A stretch of 60,067 bases of DNA. Origin: Hungatella sp. UBA3402 (GTDB lineage Bacteria > Bacillota > Clostridia > Lachnospirales > Lachnospiraceae). This document shows, piece after piece, positions 1 through 9,365 of this stretch. The stretch spans positions 1 to 60,067 of the forward strand of contig DEPC01000115.1 of the NCBI GenBank assembly GCA_002358555.1. The letters run 5' to 3'. The first letter of the stretch is position 1. The number at the start of each line of letters is the position of its first letter. A program made the translations under genes and the position numbers. A model generated the notes under the pieces. That model made no database searches. It worked only from the letters and a program-made list of their open reading frames with translations, and was not told where the DNA came from.

Positions 1-21
1 CAGATTGTTCTGGACTTTTTT

Positions 22-64
22 TGTGTACAGTGAGCAGGGAAAGTTTCCTGTACTCGATTGTATA
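22..64 (+). repeat. Hairpin with internal loop (TGTACAGTGAGCAGGGAAAGTTTCCTGTACTCGATTGTATA), resembling one unit of the Clostridiales-1 RNA motif
   Basis: Stems TACA(G)/(T)TGTA and GAG.CAGG/CCTG.ACTC are visible; the family resemblance is from memory only. Confidence 0.35.
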
Positions 65-153
65 AAGATGGATAAGGTACTTCCATATTTTTATTGTGTT
101 TTATATATAATAATGATATGATTGTATCCAGAAAGAAAATTATGGAGATGAAT

Positions 154-870
154 ATGAACAACACTATCAATGAATTAACAGAGCGCAAATCTGTTCGTGT
201 TTATACAGAACAGACTATTTCTCCAGAGATGAAAAAGGCCATTCTTGAAGCCGCCGTACAGGCCCCTACAGCTGGCAATCAGCAATTATATACAATTTTA
301 GATATTACATCTCAGGAATTAAAAGAAACCTTATCAGAGACCTGCGACCATCAACCTTTTATTGCTAAAGCTCAGATGGTTCTGATTTTTTGTGCAGATT
401 GTCAGAAATGGTATGATGCGTATAAAGTAGGAAATTGCATGCCCAGAAAACCAGAGGCAGGAGATTTGATGTTAGCAGTGACAGATGCAGCCATTGCTGC
501 TCAAAATGCAGTGACTGCTGCTCATAGTCTAGGGATTGGTTCCTGTTATATAGGAGATATTATGGAACAATGCGAACGTCACAGAGAACTATTACAGCTG
601 CCTTCTTATGTATTTCCAGCTGTTATGTTAGTATTTGGTTATCCTACAGAACAGCAAAAGCAACGTAAAAAGCCGAAACGATGTGACTTAAAATATATTG
701 TTCATGAGAATGGATATCATCGCCTGACAGAGAAGGAATTAAAAGAGATGCTTGAACAGGAAGATAAAAATTTTGAAGATTGGATACAAGCATTCTGCAA
801 GCGCAAATATAATAGCGATTTTTCCAAGGAGATGAGCAGGTCTGTAAAAGAGTATCTGAAGAAATTTTAA
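154..870 (+). CDS. Nitroreductase / NADPH-dependent FMN oxidoreductase (NfsA/NfrA-like)
   Basis: RKSVRVY, APTAGNQQLY and AHSLGIGSCYIG motifs; GGAG at 144-147 favours the ATG at 154. Confidence 0.9.
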   Translation: MNNTINELTERKSVRVYTEQTISPEMKKAILEAAVQAPTAGNQQLYTILDITSQELKETLSETCDHQPFIAKAQMVLIFCADCQKWYDAYKVGNCMPRKPEAGDLMLAVTDAAIAAQNAVTAAHSLGIGSCYIGDIMEQCERHRELLQLPSYVFPAVMLVFGYPTEQQKQRKKPKRCDLKYIVHENGYHRLTEKELKEMLEQEDKNFEDWIQAFCKRKYNSDFSKEMSRSVKEYLKKF

Positions 871-886
871 CCTCTTCCAGCAATGG

Positions 887-915
887 TTGATAACAGTCCC
901 CAAATATTCTATAAT
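887..915 (+). promoter_or_regulatory. Sigma-A promoter at the IS left end
   Basis: TTGATA (887-892), 17-nt spacer, TATAAT (910-915). Confidence 0.6.
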
Positions 916-945
916 AAATTCAGTCGAGAAACGAAATGGTATGGT

Positions 946-1089
946 GAGTTTCCAGAGATACGCCAGAAGCTTTGAAAAGAATCTTTTTGGAGCTAAAGTT
1001 TTTGCTTGCTTACAACAGGCGATGCACCGATAGAAGTGCTCAAAAACTACATAGAAAATCAAGGTCACAAAGACCGAAGAAAGAAGTGA
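946..1089 (+). pseudogene. tnpA: IS200-type Y1 transposase TnpA, C-terminal remnant
   Basis: Translates as EFPEIRQKL*KESFWS*SFCLLTTGDAPIEVLKNYIENQG; stops at 973 and 994; N-terminal HUH part missing. Confidence 0.85.
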
Positions 1090-1092
1090 ATT

Positions 1093-1883
1093 ATGGCAAA
1101 CAAAGCATACAAATTCAGACTATACCCAAACAACGAGCAAAAGGGTTTGTTTGCTAAGACTTTCGGCTGTGTAAGATTTATCTATAACCATATGCTTTCT
1201 GATAAAATCAAATATTATGAAGAAACTGGACAAAAGCTGGGTAACACTCCTGCTCAATATAAAGTGGAATTTGAGTGGTTAAAAGAAGTGGATAGTCTTG
1301 CACTTGCCAATGCACAAATGAATTTGCAGAAAGCATATAATAACTTTTTCAGAAGTCCTAACGTCGGGTTCCCGAAATTCAAATCAAAACATAGAAACAC
1401 AAACTCTTATACTACCAATAACCAAAAAAGTTCGGTTGCTATCGAAAATGGCTGTATAAAATTACCGAAAATCGGTCTTGTAAAACTCAAACAGCATAGA
1501 ATCATTCCGTCTGATTACAAATTAAAGTCTGTTACAATCACTCAGACATCAAGCGGAAACTATTATGCAAGCGTTTTGTTCAAGTACGAAAACCAAGTAC
1601 CAGAAATACAACTGAAAAACTTTTTAGGATTGGATTTTTCCATGCATGAACTTTAAAAGACAGCGACGGGAATGAACCACAATATCCAAGATATTACAGA
1701 GAAGCTGAAAAACGTCTGAAACGAGAGCAACGCAAACTTTCAAATATGAAGAAAGGTTCTAAAAATCGTGATAAACAGCGTGTAAAAGTTGCAAGAATAC
1801 ACGAGAAAGTGGCTAATCAACGTAAGGACTTTTTACATAAGCAATCAAGGCAGATAACCAATACTTACGATTGTGTATGTATC
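1093..1883 (+). pseudogene. tnpB: TnpB RNA-guided nuclease, frameshifted and internally deleted
   Basis: KAYKFRLYP HTH, FGCVRFIYN, RuvC-I GLDFS; frameshift near 1654 (continues KDSDGNEPQYPRYYRE...); similarity stops at YDCVCI, so RuvC-II Glu, zinc finger and RuvC-III are absent. Confidence 0.9.
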
Positions 1884-2064
1884 AAACGAGAACCGACTGT
1901 TTGTAATTTGCGAGAGGAAGCACCTACCTCTTTAGGTGGGGGAGGATGTCATCTTATTTACTCCATAGTTACCCACGTTTCCAGTTTAAAAATCTCTAAT
2001 TTTAATAAAGAAACAAAAGATAATAGGATTCAAGCATATTTTAAAAATTTCAGGAGGAATTGTT

Positions 2065-3801
2065 ATGGGCAAACGAGATGAATATCCACGTCCTGATTTT
2101 GTCAGAAATCAGTGGATAAATCTGAATGGAAGCTGGGATTTTTATATAGGAGGAGAAAAGAAAAGGATTGAGATACCCTTTGTATGCCAAAGCTCTTTAA
2201 GTGGAATTGGTGAACGGATAAAAGAAGATGATGTTATTTATGAGCGAAGATTTAAGGTTCCTCAAGAATGGAAAGGAAAAGAGATTTTACTAAATTTTGG
2301 AGCTGTGGATTATAGCTGCCAAGTCTTTATAAATGGAAAATTGGTGGGAGGCCATACTGGTGGCCAAACTTCTTTTAGTTTCTCTGTTACAGAGGCTTTG
2401 TGTTGGGAGGAAGAGAATATTCGAGTTGAAGTCACAGACAGATTAAAAGATGAAAAGATTGCCAGAGGAAAACAATTTTGGAAAGAAACTTCAGAATTTA
2501 TCTGGTATACCCCTAGCACTGGAATTTGGCAGAGTGTATGGTTGGAGCCAGTAGAAACAGCTCGATTTGAATGGATTCATTTTACACCAGATATTGATGA
2601 AGGAATGGTGAAGATTGATTACCATATAACAGAGAACACAAAATTTCCTTGCAAAACTTCTATTGTGGTGACAAAAGAAGGAGAGGAGGTTTTTCACGGA
2701 ATTATAGAATGTAATGAGGCTGACCAGTCTGTAAGTGTAGATGTATTTCACAAAAAAGCGCTCAATGGTTCTTTCCATTTTACTGGGGCTTACTGGTCTC
2801 CAGAAGAGCCAAACTTGTATGATGTGTCTATGACATTGGAGGATGCACAGGGGAAGATAGATGAGGTCAAGTCTTATTTTGGGATGAGAAAGATTGAAAT
2901 TATTGACGGAAAAATCTATTTAAATCATAAACCTTATTATCAAAAATTAGTGCTAGACCAGGGGTACTGGAAAGAGAGTCTGATAACAGCTCCATCGGAT
3001 GAAGCCTTTCAGGAAGATATCAGGAAAGCGAAAGCTATGGGGTTTAATGGATGTCGCAAACATGAGAAAGTGGAAGACCCTAGATTTTTATATTGGGCAG
3101 ATAAAATGGGATTTCTGGTATGGGAGGCCATGGCCAGTTTCTGGGTCTATACACCGGAAGCTGCTAATGCCTTTATGAAGGAATGGATAGATGTAATTCA
3201 TAGAGATTATAATCATCCTTGTATTGTAGTGTGGGGAATGCTCAATGAAAGTTGGGGAGTGCCTAGAATTAGGAATGACAGACAACAGCAATCATTTGCT
3301 AAGTCATTGTATCATTTAGCACATAGTCTGGATGATACCAGACTGGTCATTTCCAATGATGGATGGGAGATGGTAGATACAGATATTTGTGCGATTCATT
3401 CTTATAAACATGGAGAAGAAGGAAATAGAAAGCAACAGCAATTTTTTAACAAAGCTTTGAAATCTATGGATACGATAGGAGCTATTGTAGAAAAACCAGT
3501 ATTTGCTCAAGGAACAAGATATCAGGGACAGCCAGTAGTGCTCACAGAATTTGGAGGAATTTCTCTTTTGAATATTGAAGAACAAGGATGGGGATATACT
3601 TCTATTGGAAAAGAACAGTTTTTAGATGTTTATGCGAGAGTATTACAAGATGTATATGAATCCGAGATGATTTGCGGTTTCTGCTATACTCAGCTTGCTG
3701 ATATTGAGCAGGAGGTAAATGGCCTGTTGACAGAAGAGCACGAATATAAATTTGAACCAGAACAGATTCGGGAGATTATGGATATGCCAGAAAGGTATTG
3801 A
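2065..3801 (+). CDS. Glycoside hydrolase family 2 (beta-galactosidase/glucuronidase-like)
   Basis: YPRPDF, LNGSWDF, FGAVDY, GIWQSVWLE, LDQGYW, acid/base NE (LNESWG), nucleophile TEFGG; no signal peptide. Confidence 0.92.
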   Translation: MGKRDEYPRPDFVRNQWINLNGSWDFYIGGEKKRIEIPFVCQSSLSGIGERIKEDDVIYERRFKVPQEWKGKEILLNFGAVDYSCQVFINGKLVGGHTGGQTSFSFSVTEALCWEEENIRVEVTDRLKDEKIARGKQFWKETSEFIWYTPSTGIWQSVWLEPVETARFEWIHFTPDIDEGMVKIDYHITENTKFPCKTSIVVTKEGEEVFHGIIECNEADQSVSVDVFHKKALNGSFHFTGAYWSPEEPNLYDVSMTLEDAQGKIDEVKSYFGMRKIEIIDGKIYLNHKPYYQKLVLDQGYWKESLITAPSDEAFQEDIRKAKAMGFNGCRKHEKVEDPRFLYWADKMGFLVWEAMASFWVYTPEAANAFMKEWIDVIHRDYNHPCIVVWGMLNESWGVPRIRNDRQQQSFAKSLYHLAHSLDDTRLVISNDGWEMVDTDICAIHSYKHGEEGNRKQQQFFNKALKSMDTIGAIVEKPVFAQGTRYQGQPVVLTEFGGISLLNIEEQGWGYTSIGKEQFLDVYARVLQDVYESEMICGFCYTQLADIEQEVNGLLTEEHEYKFEPEQIREIMDMPERY

Positions 3802-3830
3802 ATCAAGAAATAATCTACGCATAGCAAATC

Positions 3831-3861
3831 GACGGCAGAGCGTAAAAACTCTGTCGTTTTT
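3831..3861 (+). terminator. Intrinsic terminator after the GH2 gene
   Basis: GACGGCAGAG/CTCTGTCGTT stem followed by a T run. Confidence 0.75.
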
Positions 3862-3917
3862 AAGTGCACAGCTCTATGCAGAGGAAGTATGCCACTAAGG
3901 CCATGGGAACACGGCAA

Positions 3918-3961
3918 GGGGCTACTGCAAAAAGGGGATTTATATAATATATAGTATGAGT
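3918..3961 (+). repeat. Left-half copy of the MITE-like hairpin at 42771-42869
   Basis: 26-nt exact match (3936-3961 = 42790-42815) preceded by the degenerate end GGGGCTACTGCAAAA. Confidence 0.75.
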
Positions 3962-3973
3962 TATAGAAAGCTC

Positions 3974-4014
3974 TCAACTGACAGTTGAATATTTTCAATT
4001 CAACCACAGGTTCG
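3974..4014. promoter_or_regulatory. Putative operator pair for the downstream XRE regulator
   Basis: Perfect palindrome TCAACT-gac-AGTTGA (3974-3988) and imperfect copy TCAACC-aca-GGTTCG (4000-4014). Confidence 0.5.
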
Positions 4015-4063
4015 TGTAAAAAATGCATCATTAGAGGTATCATTCAAGATAAAAGGAGGCAAT

Positions 4064-4888
4064 ATGATGAATCAGACAGAAATTGGTAAATTTATTGCTA
4101 AATGTCGAAAAGAGAAAAAATTAACTCAGGCACAGTTGGCAGAAAAACTAAACATTACAGATAGGGCTGTATCTAAATGGGAGACAGGAAAAAGCATGCC
4201 TGACTCATCTATCATGTTAGAACTTTGCAAAATACTTGAAATTACCGTAAATGAGCTGTTAAGTGGGGAGAAAGTAGAGATAGAAAATTATGAAAAAAAG
4301 GTAGATGAAAATTTGATTGCTCTAAAAAGAAAAGACGAAAATAATATGACAAAAAATGGAATCATCTCAATTTTATTTTCTGCACTCCTTTTTATAGGGA
4401 TTGTGGTATGTTTTATTTGTGATATTGCAATATCTAATAGTTTAACATGGTCATTAATTGCAATTAGTTCGATTGTTTTTGTATGGGCTATATTTTTTCC
4501 AAGTATTATATTAGGAAAAAGAGGGGTTATCATAAGTTTAATATCTTTAAGTATTGTTATCATTCCGTATTTGTTTTTGCTGAGCAATTTAATAAAAGTA
4601 AAAGAAGTTTTTTCAGTTGGTACAGTACTGGCGGTAGCTTCAATTGTATTTTTATGGATAATAGTTGCAATTTTTAGTCGGATGGGGAAAACAAGGGGAT
4701 TAGCTGCTTTAGGAATAACTTTTTTATTAGGGATTCCGTTTGAGTTTATTATCAATATAATTCTATCAAGAATAATAGGAGAATCTCCTTTTGATATATG
4801 GGATATATTGAAGTTATTGAGTTTTACATTTATCGCTTGTATTTCATTTATTTGTGATTATGTTAAGAATAAGGGATTGACAAAATAA
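4064..4888 (+). CDS. XRE-family HTH regulator fused to a multi-pass membrane domain
   Basis: IGKFIAKCRKEKKLTQAQLAEKLNITDRAVSKWETG HTH; about 6 hydrophobic segments. Confidence 0.88.
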   Translation: MMNQTEIGKFIAKCRKEKKLTQAQLAEKLNITDRAVSKWETGKSMPDSSIMLELCKILEITVNELLSGEKVEIENYEKKVDENLIALKRKDENNMTKNGIISILFSALLFIGIVVCFICDIAISNSLTWSLIAISSIVFVWAIFFPSIILGKRGVIISLISLSIVIIPYLFLLSNLIKVKEVFSVGTVLAVASIVFLWIIVAIFSRMGKTRGLAALGITFLLGIPFEFIINIILSRIIGESPFDIWDILKLLSFTFIACISFICDYVKNKGLTK

Positions 4889-5595
4889 ACAAAAGAATTT
4901 GTTGTAAAAAAGCTTTGGAAATCTTAAAAGAATATTGCAAATCAAAATCCTATATGCTATAATATTTCCACATAAAAAGTAACGAATAATCTATAAGGAA
5001 AAAATGAATCTCTGAAAGTATACCAGTACAATCGGAGATTATTCCCTTTTTACAGAAAGATAAATCATTTGGGGGAGTTATAGCATATTCATTATCATTT
5101 AATTATTTGCTCATATAGCAACAGCCTACATCAGCTATAATAAAACCATCTACAAGAATCTCACTTTTCTTATTGATATAAGGAATATATTATTCCTATG
5201 ATATATTTTGACCTTATTCTACAATTTTCCCAATAAAATAATTGTTACAATCAGGAATTATTCCTCAGAATTGATAGAATTTTTACAATCTAATTTTCAG
5301 GAATTTTTCTCTTTAATTATTATCAAAATTTTATTAAGAATAATTTGTACAGAATGTTTAATCTGGAAAGCAATAGACTTCTATCATTTAAGAATTGAGG
5401 GATTTTCGCACATAATAAATATTCATAAAAAACGAGAGTAATGCAATTTATCTGTTATTAGGAAAAGTGCTATATCAGTTGAAAAAATACAAGGTTTTTG
5501 AACGATGTTAGATATGAGTTAAGAAGTAGGGTCAAATAAAAGATTATCAAAGGTATTAATGAAAATTTAGCTGGGCAGTAAAGGAGATAATAGAT

Positions 5596-6021
5596 ATGAA
5601 AGATTTATTGATGGTATTGCTAGAATGTGGCAGTATGGACCTTGAAATCCTAGATGATGTTGGTTATAACCTTGGAGAGATTGCAGAGAGGCTGATTATA
5701 AAAGGTATCAAACCTACACTCAATACTATCACAGATATGATATTCCAGAAGGGACAGAGCGAATTGAAAGATGCTGTTTGGGATGAGATACGGCATAGAG
5801 AAGCATTACAGACGTCAAATGTCTCGGTAGGTGAAGCTGAATATAAGTGTTTTCAGGAAGAAATTGATGAATTGAAGAGTGTAAATCCAGAGAAAGATAT
5901 GTGTTGGCTTTGTAATTATATAGATACTTCATGTTGGTTTAGCTACAATGAAGAAATCTATCGAAAGTATATTCCAGAGGCAATCAGCAATATTGAAAGC
6001 AATATGGGATTTACGTTTTAA
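5596..6021 (+). CDS. Hypothetical protein
   Basis: AAGGAG RBS, 141-aa acidic ORF, no family recognised. Confidence 0.7.
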   Translation: MKDLLMVLLECGSMDLEILDDVGYNLGEIAERLIIKGIKPTLNTITDMIFQKGQSELKDAVWDEIRHREALQTSNVSVGEAEYKCFQEEIDELKSVNPEKDMCWLCNYIDTSCWFSYNEEIYRKYIPEAISNIESNMGFTF

Positions 6022-6174
6022 GAGGTGATTTAACAAAAAGATAAGTTTAAATGAAAAATAAGAAAGAGAATTTGCTGGATATTAAGTGAACAGATAAAAA
6101 AGGGGGACACCATGGTATCCTCCCTAAGATGTATCTGAAAAATAAGAAAGAGTTCTATTTCACAAATGTAATAG

Positions 6175-7212
6175 TTACAAGATTAACATAGCGTCCCCAA
6201 AACTGAAAAACCGATATTGTTGCTTGATGGCCTCCTCATAGGCATTCAGGACTTGTTCTCGTCCGGCTAGAGCTGATACCAGCATTACCAGAGTGGATTC
6301 TGGAAGATGAAAATTCGTTACCAACCCATCAAGAATTTTAAATTGATAGCCAGGATAAATAAAAATATCTGTCCATCCACTTCCTGCTCTTAGAATACCA
6401 TCATTTCCTGTAGCGGATTCTACAGTACGGCAACTGGTGGTTCCCACACATATAATTCTGCCTCCTGCTTTTTTTATATCATTGATTTTTTGAGCTTCTG
6501 TTTCCTCCACCATATAAAATTCGGAATGCATATGGTGTTCTAATATATTTTCCACTTTGACTGGACGGAAAGTGCCAAGACCTACATGAAGGGTCACATG
6601 AGCAATGGTTACTCCCATGACAGATATTTGCTCTAACAATTCTTTTGTAAAATGAAGCCCCGCCGTAGGAGCTGCAGCGGAACCATCATGCTTTGCATAG
6701 ACAGTCTGGTAACGATTTTTATCCTTTAATTTGTGAGTGATATAGGGAGGAAGGGGCATTTGACCTAATTTATCCAAAATTTCTTCAAAAATTCCTTCAT
6801 AAGAAAATTGAATCAAGCGGTTTCCGTCTTCTACCACATCAATTACAGTACCTTTTAGTAGACCATCTCCAAAAGAGAGTATCGTACCTGGTTTGGCCTT
6901 TTTTCCTGGTTTTACTAAGGTTTCCCATATATCACCAGAATTTCTTTTTAAAAGAAGGACTTCAACTTTTGCCTCTGTCTGTTCTTTGATACCATATAAA
7001 CGAGCAGGAATTACTTTGGTATCATTGATTACCAGACAGTCTCCTTTTTTTAGATAGGATAGTAAATCGCGAAAATTTTTGTGCTCTATTGCTCCTGTAT
7101 TTTTGTCTAATACTAATAATCGTGAGGAGGAACGTTCCTCCAAAGGCTCTTGGGCAATCAGCTCCTGGGGTAAATTAAAATTAAATTCTGATACATTCAT
7201 AATATCTGTCAA
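6175..7212 (-). CDS. queA: S-adenosylmethionine:tRNA ribosyltransferase-isomerase
   Basis: [61 protein letters not shown]. Confidence 0.97.
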   Translation of the reverse strand: MTDIMNVSEFNFNLPQELIAQEPLEERSSSRLLVLDKNTGAIEHKNFRDLLSYLKKGDCLVINDTKVIPARLYGIKEQTEAKVEVLLLKRNSGDIWETLVKPGKKAKPGTILSFGDGLLKGTVIDVVEDGNRLIQFSYEGIFEEILDKLGQMPLPPYITHKLKDKNRYQTVYAKHDGSAAAPTAGLHFTKELLEQISVMGVTIAHVTLHVGLGTFRPVKVENILEHHMHSEFYMVEETEAQKINDIKKAGGRIICVGTTSCRTVESATGNDGILRAGSGWTDIFIYPGYQFKILDGLVTNFHLPESTLVMLVSALAGREQVLNAYEEAIKQQYRFFSFGDAMLIL

Positions 7213-7264
7213 TTAACCTCCATCTTAACATGTAATGTGTCAAAAGCAGCCTATAATCCATTTT

Positions 7265-8131
7265 TTATTGGGCAGTTCCACCAATAATTACCTTGGACTC
7301 GCTGAAACTATTATAAATCCTTTGAAGTACTTCATCTGAGGCAATAGCCTCCTGCTGTCTAGTAAGAATCTGAGCCATGACTGCCTTGAGTTCAGGTTTT
7401 TCTCCTACTTTACGGATATAATCATTGACAATATCAGAAGTTTCCTGAACCATATAGTATCGCCCTTCAGCATTCATTTTTGCATATCCCCAGCTAAATG
7501 TGGGCATCAGGGTTTCTGTCTCTCGATAGCGAATCTCATAATAAGGAAAGATGACATAAGAATCTTCTTCTGGACCTTGAATAGAATAACAGGAAATGTT
7601 TTCATAGCCTTTAATACTAGCCTTAACAAGCTCCATACGATTTCGTTCCTCATTTTTTTGTTCTTCAGACCAATCTTCCATATCAAATACCCATGCCAGA
7701 AGGTCAGGGTCACATTCTTCTTTTGCCTCACAATAAGATTGGATAAGCCCAGTCAACTCCAAAAGTGCATCCTGCTGGAGAGGATATTGGGACGGGTCAG
7801 CTATTGTTTCAGATGGATTAGAAGATTTAGATTCTGTCTCATCTGCTTCTGAGACTTGGTCTGTACTTTCTAAAGATTGAGTTTCATTATTATCATTGAG
7901 GTTCTCATTATTATCTTCCCTAGTCATACTTGGGTCTTGTGTTACGCCACCGGCCAGAGATACTACAGGTAACTCAGAGAGAGAATCTTCTTTTCCTGTT
8001 CCTGAATGGTCTATACTTAAAATAATAATAATCAATATAACGATAATAAAGGGAATGGCACCAAACCGTATGAGCTTCTCTATGGAATTATTGTCCAAAT
8101 TTCCTTTCATTCCTTTTTTCTGAGATGGCAT
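7265..8131 (-). CDS. Membrane-anchored hypothetical protein
   Basis: GGAGG RBS; one N-terminal TM helix, acidic low-complexity linker, globular C-terminus. Confidence 0.8.
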   Translation of the reverse strand: MPSQKKGMKGNLDNNSIEKLIRFGAIPFIIVILIIIILSIDHSGTGKEDSLSELPVVSLAGGVTQDPSMTREDNNENLNDNNETQSLESTDQVSEADETESKSSNPSETIADPSQYPLQQDALLELTGLIQSYCEAKEECDPDLLAWVFDMEDWSEEQKNEERNRMELVKASIKGYENISCYSIQGPEEDSYVIFPYYEIRYRETETLMPTFSWGYAKMNAEGRYYMVQETSDIVNDYIRKVGEKPELKAVMAQILTRQQEAIASDEVLQRIYNSFSESKVIIGGTAQ

Positions 8132-8447
8132 CTTTTTACCTCCTGGGTGAGCAAGTCTTGTTATATTCTAGCAAAAACAATGTTAAAAAGCAACTGGTAT
8201 GGATACTTATCATGTTGTTGCTACAACTGGCAGTAAGGCTCCTGCAATGTAGGGCAGTAGGAACAACTACTGAGTCCTTGCGATTTGGGAAAGCTGATGG
8301 TATAATCAAAGAAATGTGATAAAAGACCCTTCATATGCTATACGCAGACAAGAAGATTGAATTTCTGATGCAGATTTGTGTGAACTAAAAGTTATGAAAG
8401 CGCCTATCTTAGAAAACTTTTTAAAGTTTGTCTATTCTTTGTAGTCT

Positions 8448-8478
8448 TAGAGCATATCTGAAAATGATTTTGGCAGAA
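8448..8478 (+). repeat. Isolated end of the MITE-like family seen at 12315-12437
   Basis: TAGAGCATATCTGAAAATGATTTTGGCAGA aligns with the reverse complement of 12406-12436. Confidence 0.5.
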
Positions 8479-8583
8479 TTTGATCTCAGTTTGTAGGGAA
8501 TGATAGACAGTTTAGATATTTTATAGAAAAGATAGCAAAAAGATAGATAGTAAGAATGTAAATATATAGGAGAAACACAGACT

Positions 8584-9342
8584 ATGGAAGAGATTCGTTT
8601 AAATAAATATTTAAGTGAGATGGGAATCTGTTCCCGCAGGGAGGCTGACCGATTGATTGAAGATGGAAAAGTCTTGGTTGACGGAAAAAAGGCTCTTATG
8701 GGAATGAAGATTCAGGAAACTCAGACTGTAATTTGCAATGGAAAAGTTGTAGAGATGGCTTCATCGACAGAAGGCAAAAAATCAGGTTTAAGGCCAAAAC
8801 CAGTTCTTCTGGCAGTGAACAAGCCAAAGGGAGTAGTATGTACTACCTCTGATAAAGATCGAGCCATGAATATTGTGGAGTTGGTGGATTATCCAGAGAG
8901 AGTATATCCTATAGGGCGCCTGGATAAAGATTCAGAGGGATTGATTTTCCTGACGAATCAAGGAGAATTGGTGAATCAGATGATGAAAAGCTCCAATAAC
9001 CATGAGAAAGAATATGTGGTAACGGTGGATAAGATATTGACAGAAGCTTTTGTCAGAAAGATGGAAGCTGGTATATGGCTGGAACAATTGAAGGTGACAA
9101 CAAAGCCTTGTAAGGTGACAATCACAGGAAAAAGAGAGTTTCATATTGTACTGACACAGGGGCTAAACCGACAGATTCGTCGAATGTGTGGAGCTTTGGG
9201 GTATCGAGTTCAGAATTTGAGGCGAGTTCGCATTATGAATATATGTTTGGGCAATTTGAAGACAGGTACTTTCCGAAAAGTGACACAGAAGGAATATAGG
9301 GTTCTTATGGAAATGCTTCAGGATAATGGGAATTTACATTAG
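8584..9342 (+). CDS. rRNA pseudouridine synthase, RsuA/RluB/RluF family
   Basis: S4 domain RLNKYLS..CSRREAD, NKPKG, GRLDKDSEGL, GLNRQIRRM. Confidence 0.93.
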   Translation: MEEIRLNKYLSEMGICSRREADRLIEDGKVLVDGKKALMGMKIQETQTVICNGKVVEMASSTEGKKSGLRPKPVLLAVNKPKGVVCTTSDKDRAMNIVELVDYPERVYPIGRLDKDSEGLIFLTNQGELVNQMMKSSNNHEKEYVVTVDKILTEAFVRKMEAGIWLEQLKVTTKPCKVTITGKREFHIVLTQGLNRQIRRMCGALGYRVQNLRRVRIMNICLGNLKTGTFRKVTQKEYRVLMEMLQDNGNLH

Positions 9343-9365
9343 AGTATGTAGATGGCAAGAACAGA

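Larger units (their letters stand above)
892..1952 (+). mobile_element. Decayed IS200/IS605-family element (tnpA + tnpB)
   Basis: TnpA C-terminal remnant, broken tnpB, TTGAT at the left, right-end hairpin CCTACCT-CTTT-AGGTGGG followed by GGAGGATGTCAT; exact ends inferred. Confidence 0.85.

Noticed and set aside
1093..1952. tnpB as a domesticated nuclease-dead regulator (TldR-like)
   Set aside because: Frameshift, large deletion and a co-decayed tnpA indicate ordinary pseudogenisation
1746..2081. 111-aa ORF as an independent gene
   Set aside because: It is the post-frameshift part of tnpB reading through the IS right end
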